Shown one piece after another: positions 24,435 through 34,500 of a DNA stretch of 64,000 bases. Source of the stretch: a virus. Taxonomy: Duplodnaviria; Caudoviricetes. Location: positions 56,974 through 120,973 of the IMG/VR virus record IMGVR_UViG_3300017909_004107; one strand, written 5' to 3'. Each line of letters begins with the position of its first letter. Position 1 is the stretch's first letter. The notes beneath the pieces were generated by a model that ran no database searches, had not been told where the DNA came from, and saw only the letters and a program-made list of their open reading frames with translations. Position numbers and translations under genes: made by a program.

Positions 24435-24602
24435 ATGGAAAGATACGATATATACTTGCAGGGTGAGAAAATCCGTTCTGACATTGATGAAGAAGAGATG
24501 CTTGATGTAACTCAAGAACTTGCAGAACAATTTTATCGTGACGGAACTCCACACCCTGACGATATCGAAGTCAAATACCTTGGTTTAGACAGAGAGGACT
24601 AA
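24435..24602 (+). CDS. small acidic protein
   Basis: MERYDIYLQGEKI...; N-terminus similar to the 17305 and 23029 ORFs. Confidence 0.6.
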   Translation: MERYDIYLQGEKIRSDIDEEEMLDVTQELAEQFYRDGTPHPDDIEVKYLGLDRED

Positions 24603-24616
24603 TGTCCTCTTTTTTT
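24593..24616 (+). terminator. intrinsic terminator
   Basis: AGAGGAC-taat-GTCCTCT-T6 between convergent genes. Confidence 0.7.
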
Positions 24617-25211
24617 ATGTCACAAGACAGTCTACTGCCTTCTGCCATTCGAGTGGGTTGTCAAAACGATAAGAGAAAGAAAATCTACGACATTCAGTTT
24701 TAGCACAGTGCCATAATACGTTCTCTGGTTCTGCAGGAAATCTACCCACTCTCGCATTCCATCCGGGTTTATCCTCTAGAGTTACCAACTTATTTTTATG
24801 ATAATATTTGAAATATCCTTTTCCCTCTTCAGACCAGTTGAATAATATAATCCATCCCGGTGCATTACAGTTTGTATGCCAACCAACATATCCCATCGGC
24901 GGGTAATAACCAATTACAGGATTGTCTATACACGCAGGAAACTTAGATGTAAGTAAATTCTTTATTTGTTCTAAATCGAATTTCTCTCGTTTTGTTTCTG
25001 CCCATTGAGCACTACGAACAACACTAGTTGGTGGGAGATCATGTATAATCCCACGAGATTGTATCATTTCGAGTAAGGTAAAACTACACTCCCATATCGG
25101 ATCTTCAACTATCTTATATGGAAACTCCCACTGACTATCAGTTATACATCTTCTCTCTACCTTCGTCAAAAACTTAGCAAACTCGTCACCGATCTTAATA
25201 TTGTCAAACAT
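24615..25211 (-). CDS. hypothetical protein, possible DSBH/oxygenase-like fold
   Basis: YYPPMGYVGWHTN...WHCA...RRFSFS. Confidence 0.55.
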   Translation of the reverse strand: MFDNIKIGDEFAKFLTKVERRCITDSQWEFPYKIVEDPIWECSFTLLEMIQSRGIIHDLPPTSVVRSAQWAETKREKFDLEQIKNLLTSKFPACIDNPVIGYYPPMGYVGWHTNCNAPGWIILFNWSEEGKGYFKYYHKNKLVTLEDKPGWNARVGRFPAEPENVLWHCAKTECRRFSFSYRFDNPLEWQKAVDCLVT

Positions 25212-25246
25212 TTTTTTGTTATAATTACTAATAGTGATAGTTTATT

Positions 25247-25963
25247 ATGTCAACACTGATCTGTAATTTACCTGCAATACATGTGTGGGTAAGGAAGGAG
25301 TATCTAAGAGACCATAAAGATGGACATGGTGAGTTTGTAAAAGGAGTGTGGGTATCTGCAAAGTCTATGCCCGGTCGTGCCTTTTACTTTGAAACATATT
25401 TATATGAGTATGCTGCATTATTTGATAAACTGCCGATCTCTGCTTTTGTCTCTTCTCCTAAGACACCGGATCCTGATATGAATCTGCCAAATTTACAATT
25501 CTGGAACTGTATGGACTATGGAGTCACAGCAATTGCAAAATCAATCATCGGAAGTGCAGATTACGAAATTAATACCCGTGATCACGGAAGCATTAGAGGA
25601 GAATACATTTGCACACTGGACAACTACCACGACTCTGCAGATAGCATTGACTGTTCTACTGCTGAGACTCCTGCAGAACATAAAAGTCACAACCTGATTG
25701 CATTGAATAACGGTCAGTTCGCTCTGTATCCCAATAACAGGATGAGAATCTATGACAACAGTCTAACACCCCCAGAACCTAAAACACCCGACTTCAAGGT
25801 CTCTACAGAGTACTATCAGGTTGAGCATGGATATGATAATCTAGGACTTGGTGATCAAGAGGAGTATTTCTGGAAGACTCAGAAGGACAGAGAAGTCATG
25901 GCAGACATAGATGATCAATATTATCACCACTTTACTGAGCAACATCGATCAGACGAAAGATAA
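25247..25963 (+). CDS. hypothetical protein
   Basis: 238 aa; LNNGQFALYPNNR. Confidence 0.7.
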   Translation: MSTLICNLPAIHVWVRKEYLRDHKDGHGEFVKGVWVSAKSMPGRAFYFETYLYEYAALFDKLPISAFVSSPKTPDPDMNLPNLQFWNCMDYGVTAIAKSIIGSADYEINTRDHGSIRGEYICTLDNYHDSADSIDCSTAETPAEHKSHNLIALNNGQFALYPNNRMRIYDNSLTPPEPKTPDFKVSTEYYQVEHGYDNLGLGDQEEYFWKTQKDREVMADIDDQYYHHFTEQHRSDER

Positions 25964-25986
25964 CTCGTAGCAACTGTCTAAATAGC

Positions 25987-25994
25987 ACTAAATA
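25987..25994 (+). promoter_or_regulatory. T4-type late promoter
   Basis: ACTAAATA about 20 nt before gp25; similar boxes at 39829, 56136 (TATAAATA), 58793, 62721 (TATAAATA). Confidence 0.6.
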
Positions 25995-26012
25995 CACGAG
26001 TATTGTATAAAA

Positions 26013-26417
26013 GTGCCTCTCAATAAAATATCAAGAGGTTTTAGGGACATTTCATTATCCTTCAAACGTCACCCTGTTACAAATGATTTGCTTCCTCTAA
26101 AGAATGAGGATGCGATCAAACGTGCTGTACAGAATCTTGTTAGAACAAAAATTGGTGAAGTATTTTTTAGAAATGATATAGGTACAAGGATTACAGGATC
26201 ATTATTTGAATTAGCGAATGATGATTTAGTTGATCCTATTTCTACCGAAATTGAAACTGTTATAACAAACTTTGAACCTAGAGTTAATCTTAAAAATGTA
26301 AATGTGAATTCTAGACCTGAAGATAATGCATTAGATATTGAAATATCATACAATATCGTTGGGTTATCTTTACCAATTCAAACCATCAATTTTATACTAG
26401 AACCGACTAGACTATAA
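26013..26417 (+). CDS. gp25: baseplate wedge subunit gp25
   Basis: DISLSFKRHP, AIKRAVQNL, IxNFEPRV. Confidence 0.9.
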   Translation: MPLNKISRGFRDISLSFKRHPVTNDLLPLKNEDAIKRAVQNLVRTKIGEVFFRNDIGTRITGSLFELANDDLVDPISTEIETVITNFEPRVNLKNVNVNSRPEDNALDIEISYNIVGLSLPIQTINFILEPTRL

Positions 26418-28540
26418 TGGCTCTCAATCAATTCACAAATCTAAATTTTGAAGATATAAAAACTTCAATCAAAGATTATCTGAGGCAAAACTCTAATTTC
26501 TCAGATTTTGACTTTGAGGGATCTAATCTGTCTGTACTTATTAATACACTAGCATATAATTCTTATATTACAGCATATAACACAAATATGGTTGCCAATG
26601 AGTCATTTATTGATTCGGCGACACTTAGAGAAAATGTAGTATCATTAGCAAGAAATATTGGTTATGTCCCTAGATCTAAACGTGCAGCGACAGCACTTGT
26701 GCAATTTGTAACAACAGGTATATCAACAGATAACACATCTATAACATTACAACCCGGAGTATTTGCTAATTCAGGTATAAATCAAACTAATTTTATATAC
26801 TCACTTCCAGAAAGAGTGCAGGCTCCTTCTTTCTTAGGACAATCACAGGGTATGGTTACAATCTATCAGGGTCAATATCTAGAGAAAGAGTGGACAATTG
26901 ATACATCACAACCAAATCAAAAATATGTATTACCTAATGATAGTATTGACACATCTACTTTACGAGTGTTCGTCAAAGAGAGTTCTTCAAGCAATACACG
27001 AACTGAATACAAGTTGCTTGATAGTATAGTAGGAATAACTTCGGTAACTAATATGTTCCTCATTCAGGAGACGTCTGATGAAAAATATGAGTTATTATTT
27101 GGAGATGGTATTTTTGGTAAGAAATTAGAGTCTGGTAATGTAGTCACCGCATCTTATATAAAAACTGATGGTAAAGATGGTAATGGAGCAACTAATTTTA
27201 ATTATGCAGGAACTATAAAAGACGAAAATGGTGGTGATATTACCACTGCCACTACTAGATTAATTACTATGATACCATCTGAGAATGGTGATGATATAGA
27301 ATCAGTGGAAAGTATTAGAAACTACGCACCTAGAAGATTTGCTGCACAGAATCGTGCGGTGACTGCTACTGATTATGAAGCATTACTCCCATCAATATAC
27401 CCAAACATTCAATCAGTTAGTGCTTTTGGCGGTGAAGATTTGAATCCACCTCAATATGGTCGTGTCTTTATTGCTGCAAAACCAAGAAACGGTAATTTCC
27501 TTGCAGATTCGACTAAGAAAAGTTTACTCAAATCACTAAAAAACTATTCCATAGCAGGTATTGTGCCATCTTTCGTAGACTTAAAGTTTTTGTACGTTGA
27601 ATTAGATAGTTACATCTATTACAATACTAATTTTATTGGAAACGCTGATACTTTGCGAGCAAGCATTGTAAATTCAGTCATACAGTATGGTGGATCAAGT
27701 GAATTAAACAAATTTGGCGGTAGATTCAAATACTCTAAGATGATTTCGGTAATCGATAATACAGATTCCTCCATCACATCAAATATTACTAACATCAAGA
27801 TTAGAAGAAACTTAAAAACTCTACCAAATACTTTTTCACAATATGAATTATGTTATGACAATGAATTTTATAAAGAGTTAGACTCTTATAATATCAAGAG
27901 CACTGGATTTACAGTATCAGGAATTACAGGCACAGTATATCTTGCTGATAAAACAATCGAGGGTTCAGATATTGGTAATCTCTTCTTGTTTAGAATTACG
28001 GATGACGTTGAAGTTGATATAGTGTCATCAAACTTTGGAACTGTAAATTATAAGAAAGGAGAAATCTTAATTAATACAGTAAATATCACATCAACTGTAC
28101 AACCAGAGGGAATTATTGAAATACAAGCGATTCCACTATCAAATGATGTTCTAGGTAGAAAAGAATTATACTTACAACTGAGTGTAGAAAATAGTAACTT
28201 CACTATGAGACAAGACTTGATTGCTTCGGGTGCGAATGTGTCTGGAACAAGATTTGACGTGCAATCTAGTTACAGTAATGGAAGTAAGGTAAGAGGTTCC
28301 ATAGTAACAAGTTCAACGGGAAGTACTTTAGTTGGATATGTCAATGGTCAAGCTTATTATGGTGAGTTTCATACTATGCCAGATGGCACTAAAATGACCG
28401 GTTCTTCTCACTCAGTAAATAGTGTACAGATTCGTGATAATCTTAATTTCGTATCTCCTGTGAATACTTCTTCTACCACGACATCATCATCTTCGTCATC
28501 AACAAGTTCATCGCCAAATAATTATAGTAGCGGATACTAA
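26417..28540 (+). CDS. gp6: baseplate wedge subunit gp6
   Basis: LNFEDIK...DFDFEGSNLSVL, QNRAVTATDY. Confidence 0.93.
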   Translation: MALNQFTNLNFEDIKTSIKDYLRQNSNFSDFDFEGSNLSVLINTLAYNSYITAYNTNMVANESFIDSATLRENVVSLARNIGYVPRSKRAATALVQFVTTGISTDNTSITLQPGVFANSGINQTNFIYSLPERVQAPSFLGQSQGMVTIYQGQYLEKEWTIDTSQPNQKYVLPNDSIDTSTLRVFVKESSSSNTRTEYKLLDSIVGITSVTNMFLIQETSDEKYELLFGDGIFGKKLESGNVVTASYIKTDGKDGNGATNFNYAGTIKDENGGDITTATTRLITMIPSENGDDIESVESIRNYAPRRFAAQNRAVTATDYEALLPSIYPNIQSVSAFGGEDLNPPQYGRVFIAAKPRNGNFLADSTKKSLLKSLKNYSIAGIVPSFVDLKFLYVELDSYIYYNTNFIGNADTLRASIVNSVIQYGGSSELNKFGGRFKYSKMISVIDNTDSSITSNITNIKIRRNLKTLPNTFSQYELCYDNEFYKELDSYNIKSTGFTVSGITGTVYLADKTIEGSDIGNLFLFRITDDVEVDIVSSNFGTVNYKKGEILINTVNITSTVQPEGIIEIQAIPLSNDVLGRKELYLQLSVENSNFTMRQDLIASGANVSGTRFDVQSSYSNGSKVRGSIVTSSTGSTLVGYVNGQAYYGEFHTMPDGTKMTGSSHSVNSVQIRDNLNFVSPVNTSSTTTSSSSSSTSSSPNNYSSGY

Positions 28541-31500
28541 TGATAGAAACCTCATTATCTAGAGTCAAAATACACGAAGTAATTGAGAGTCAGATACCTG
28601 AAGCAATAGATTCTGACAATCCTTTACTTGGTACATTTCTAAAGCAATATTACATATCACAAGAGTTTCAAGGTGGTCCAGTTGATATCGCTGAGAATCT
28701 CAATGACTATAGAAGTGTTGATTTTCTCAATAAAGACAATCTTACTGGATTTACTTCAACCTCTCAGTTCATAAAAAAGTTTGACAAAACAATATATGTT
28801 GACTCTACAATAGGGTGGCCTAGTAAGTATGGTTTACTTAAAATCGATGATGAGATAATCACTTATACTGGTATAGGTTCTACTTCATTTACAGGATGCG
28901 TTAGAGGATTTAGTGGTATTGAAAATAGCGAGAAAACAAACTCTCCAGAGTACCTCACATTTTCTGAAACCGGTATTAGTACTCATGCAGAGAACGCACA
29001 AGTCAAGAATCTAAGTAATATCTTCTTACAGAAGTTTTATAAGAAAGTAAAGACACAAATATCTCCGGGGTTTGAAGATCGATCCTTTACAGGAGACTTA
29101 GATATATCAAATTTTCTAAGACAGTCAAAAGACTTCTATACCACTAAAGGCACAGAAGAAGCGTATAAAATTTTATTTGGAACTCTGTATAAAGAGAAGG
29201 TTGAATTAGTCAAACCTCAAGAGTTTCTCTTCAAACCATCAGATGCAGAGTATTCTGTCAATGATGTGCTAATTTGCGAAAAGGTATCAGGCGATCCTGA
29301 ATCAATTGTTAATGAAGGTATAATTCAAGGAGATGCGAGTGCATCAGTGTATGAAGTGGAGAATATTTTTCTTGATGGTAAGACTTACTATAAAATAAGA
29401 CTATCTTCAGATACAATCATAGGTTCTTTCAAACCTATCACTAGAACTCATATAACTGCTTATGTTGCAGCAGGTTCAAGTGTTGTAAGTGTAGACTCTA
29501 CAGTTGGTTTTGCTAAATCTTCATCATTTAATGTAGGGAGACAAAAATTTACCTACACAGATAAAACCATTAATGAATTTTTGAATGTAAGTGGTATAGG
29601 CACTATAAGTGTAGGTGCAACTGTAGATGCAGGTGATGATGCAATCGCATTTATGAGAATACCTGTAAGATTAAAAATATTGAATAGTATTACCGGTTTT
29701 ACAGGGACAGGTATTCTTCAGCAAAAAGGCAGTGAATATAATATTAAGACTCTTGGTATCAAAAAGAAAGATATAAGATATAGTCAGTGGTTGGAGAATA
29801 TTGCAACTAAACACACAGTAAAAGACTTCAAGACAATATCTGCAGGTAATTTTGAACTTGTATTGACTGCGAAACACTATTATAAGAAAGGGCAACCTAT
29901 ATCCGTAATAGATATCGATGGTCAGAATCAAGATGGCGTTATTACAGGAATATTGAATGATCAAGTTGTGTATATAAGTGCACCATCTCTTTTAGCGGGT
30001 AATCAATATTACATTCAAGCAAAATTATATAAACAAAATAATAATGTCGCTAATATTCAAAATACCTACGCACAAGGTGACACTGTTGTTGTAGCATCAA
30101 ATAGTTTACCTCATTATTTAATAGATGTACAAAAAAGAATTAGAAACTTTAGCACATCTGGAATTTCTACAAGATCTCAAGTGATTACAATACCAGATCA
30201 CAATTTACAGAATGGTGATATCGTTCTTTATAATCCTAGTGTATCAGGATCCCCTGTAGCAGGTCTCAGCACCGGTCAATCATACTATGTGACCAATCTA
30301 ACCTCATCTACGATTTCACTCTCTCTATCGGCAGAGAACGCCCGTAGAAGTCAATATATTACTGTTTTTGATACTTCTGATATTGGAACTAACACTAATC
30401 ATAATCTCACTCCATTTGAAGTTGGTTTCGGAACTATTGGTGCTCAAAAAATACTTCGTAAGTTTGCGGAACCAGAATACGGATCTTCTAAAGATAAAAC
30501 TGAAACAGGTAAAGGTGTAGGACTCTTTGTAAATGGTGTAGAGGCATATTCTTATAAATCTTCTGATAAAATTTACTATGGATCACTAGAAACAGTAGAT
30601 GTATTGAATACTGGATCTGATTATGATGTAATCAATCCTCCTCGCATTTCAATACAGCAGAATGGACACACTGGTGTGGGTGCATCTGTTATCGCTCATG
30701 TTAGTGGTAAATTAAGAGAAATACAAGTAACTTCTCGTGGATTAGATTACGAGACAACTCCTGATGTCAAGATTACCGGTGGTAATGGACAGGCGACTGC
30801 TGAAGCGAAGATGAGACTCGCACCCCATGAAGTATTCTTTGACAGCACTAGTGTTGGTGGTATTTTAAATACCAGCACTGACAAATTTACATTTACTGAA
30901 CCACATGGATTCAAACATGGAGAAGAAATTATCTATGGAACCGATGGTTCAACGACCATTGGAATTGGCACTACTCCGGGAAATCTTATTAACAAATCAA
31001 GTTATTTTGTCAATAAGAATGATGATTTTACCATATCACTCACCAAAACCCGTAATGAGGCACTTGCAGGTATCGCAACACTTCCAATTACAACCAATGG
31101 TGGAGGATTGCATAAGTTTGAAACAAAAGAGTCTAGACTAAAAGTAGATAATATAGAAATTATTTCGTCCACTGATTTTCAAAATAGAGAGAACACTGTT
31201 GATAGTGTAGGTATCAATACCTTCAAAGATTTAATAACCATACCAAATCATAGATACTCATCAGGAGAATTAATAAGATATGGTGGAGGGACAGTAACAG
31301 ATATCTCTGGTCTTACATCTGGAAAAGATTATTATGTTGTAAAGATTGATGATAATAATTTCAGAGTTTCTATTTCAACTTCTTTAGTTGATTATGTAAA
31401 GATGTCTTTACCCGGAACCGGAAAACATACATTCAATTATCCACCACTATCCGTAACTATTGATGGTAGACAAGGAATATCAACTTCAAACGCGACTGCA

Positions 31501-34500
31501 TCTGCTGTCATTCGAGGAGAAGTTGATGGAATTCATATAAAAGCAAAAGGTGATAATTTTGGATCTCTCTTTATCAATGACAATTATAAACCTGATGCGA
31601 TAGTTGTTGAAGGATCTAAATCGGCATTTGATCCTGTTATTGTAAATGGAAGAATAGATTCTGTGTCAATTAAGAGTGGTGGTAAGGATTATTTCAGTGC
31701 TCCTGATATAATTGTGAATGGCGACGGTGTGGGTGCAAAACTAATTGCAAGAGTGGCAAATGGAAAAATCGTGGGTGTAGATGTAATAACAAAAGGTGCT
31801 GGATACACAGTTAATGGAACCACTATCACCGCAAAAACTCCGGGTTCTGGTGTAATTATATCACCTAACTTGAAGACATGGACTATTAATAATGTTCAAC
31901 GTTACGCTAATTATGGTGATGTAAAGGATGATGATGGATTTTATGGCGAATTAAAGGTAGCAGAAAACGGATACCCTTACGTAAATTATTATGCATCAAG
32001 AAAATTACGCGATTATTTGGATGATAATGGCACTGATCATTCACCAATACTAGGATGGGCATATGACGGTCATCCAATATACGGACCTTACGCGACTCAA
32101 AATTTTGATGGTAGTGGACCTCTAAAATACATGCAATCCAGTTATGTCAAGATATCTGGAATATCGAGAAGTGATGGTCCCGCATTGACAGACTATCCTG
32201 CAGGATTTTTTATTGAAGATTATGAATATCAAGAAGGATACGGAGATCTTGATGAACATAATGGTAGATTTGCGGTAACACCAGAATATCCTAATGGTGT
32301 ATACGCTTACTACATTACAGTTTCTAATAATCTTGTTACAAATCCTTTATCACCCTTTACTAATAGAAGAGAACCTATTTTCCCTTATATTGTTGGTGAT
32401 ACTTACAACTCTAAGTTATTACAGTATAACAATCAATTTACATCAACACAGGATTCTTTTCCTGAAGATTTGTTAAGAAATACTGAGAAATATAACTTAG
32501 AAGAATACTCAGGCGTTGCTGCTAGTGCAAAGAAAAAAGTAAGCATTGCTAAAATAAAAAATACTCAAAAAGGATCTGTTGACTCTGTTAAAATTGTAGA
32601 AGGTGGGACAAATTATAATGTAGGAGATAAACTTACTTTTGATAATTCAAACACAGATGGTTTTGGTGCATTTGGTAAAGTTACTGAATTAGTTGGAGTT
32701 GCTGCAACTGTTGTCACCTCTACCGTAAAAATCAACAAAAGAATTGAACTATTTGCCAAAGGTAAAACTGTAACAGGTATTGTTACGACAGGTATACATG
32801 ATTACGTAACTGGAATACCAATACAGATTAGTGGCATATCATCTACGGCATTTAGTGGATTAGAGGGCACATTTCCAATCAAAGTTAATTTTGTAAGAAG
32901 TGGATTAGGAACATCACTTCTTGCAAGTGGTCTGACAACTACAATACCTCTTCGAGACGACATAGACATTTTTGATAATAATGATCTTGTGCAGGTAGAT
33001 GAAGAGCAAATGAGAGTGATTTCACACGATCGTCTCAATCAGAAAATTACATTACTACGTGCTCAGAACGGAACTACAGGTGCTGCACATACAGATAGAG
33101 CAGAAATTTATAGAAGAGAAAATAAGTTTACATATGAAATTGATAGACCAATAGTTACTGCAACACCTATCAATGAATCACTATTTTTTGATGCCACAAA
33201 AAATATTGGTGCGGGTCTTACAAGTGGTGTAGGAATTGGTTCTACAGTATCATTCATAGGTGCAGGAAATATATCTACAACAACATTTATTCCAATCAAG
33301 TCAATAAGACTTCCCGGACACCCATTTAAGCATGGTGATCCTCTAACTTATACACCTAACAATGGAACAAATTTACTGTATTCATTTGATGGCACTAACA
33401 CACACTTTTTACCAAATTCAGGATTATTTGTACAAAAAATTAATAATGATCTAATTGGTATCGTGACGAATGCTTATCAAATTGATAATAAGCATGATAG
33501 AGTCTTTTTGACTGGAAATACAGGTGTGGGTAATAGTCACTCATTTAGAACTAATAGAAACGTTGCAACTGCAGATGCAACTACATTTGAGGTCACTGTT
33601 TCCACTGCTACAACACATCATCTTGATAGTTTCGATGAAATCGACATGAAGATTGTCTCTGCAGGATCAAGCACACTTAATATTAATTACGATCCCGGAA
33701 CAAAATTTATAAGTATTGGTTCATCAAATAATCCACCAATTGAAAGCACAGTTGGTGAAAAACTTATTTTCGATACTTCTGATTCTGATTTGTTAGGAAC
33801 AAAACTTGATTTCTTTTTAGATCAAAAATTTACAAAAACATTTGTAGGATCTGGTAAATCTACAGTGGAACGAACTGATAATTTAATTCCCGGAATCACA
33901 TCTGCAAGAACCACACTTCACTTAACAGAAAATGTTCCTGATGTTTTATATTATAAGTTCTCATCTGTTTCTAACAAAATTGTAAATATTGATGAAGATA
34001 CTACTGATTATGGTAAGATTATTGTTAACCCAAGTAAATTTACAGGTAAACATTCTCTAACAACATCTACAGGTGGAACATTCACATTCTTGGTTGGTGG
34101 ACTACCAGAAAGAGTCGGATATACAAGTGAATCAAGTATTACTTACACTACTAATTCTACTAATGCTCGTGGACCTATTTCAAGAGTTATTTTAGAAGAA
34201 GGTGGATTAAACTACAAAGATTTACCCAAAATTTCTGTTGCTTCCACTACAGGTAAATCAGCAGTGATATTAGCAGAAACTGAAACAGCAGGTAAATTAC
34301 TAACCACAGAAATTTTAGAATTTGGATATGATTATCCTTCAGATTCAACATTATCTCCTGAAGCATCTGTACCAAATATTATTACACTCAAAGATAATTT
34401 TAGTCTAAAATCTATAGGAATTACTTCTACTGGTTCTAAGTATCTAACTGCCCCTGATATCATCATATACAATAGAGAAGATGATGTTGTGAATACAACT

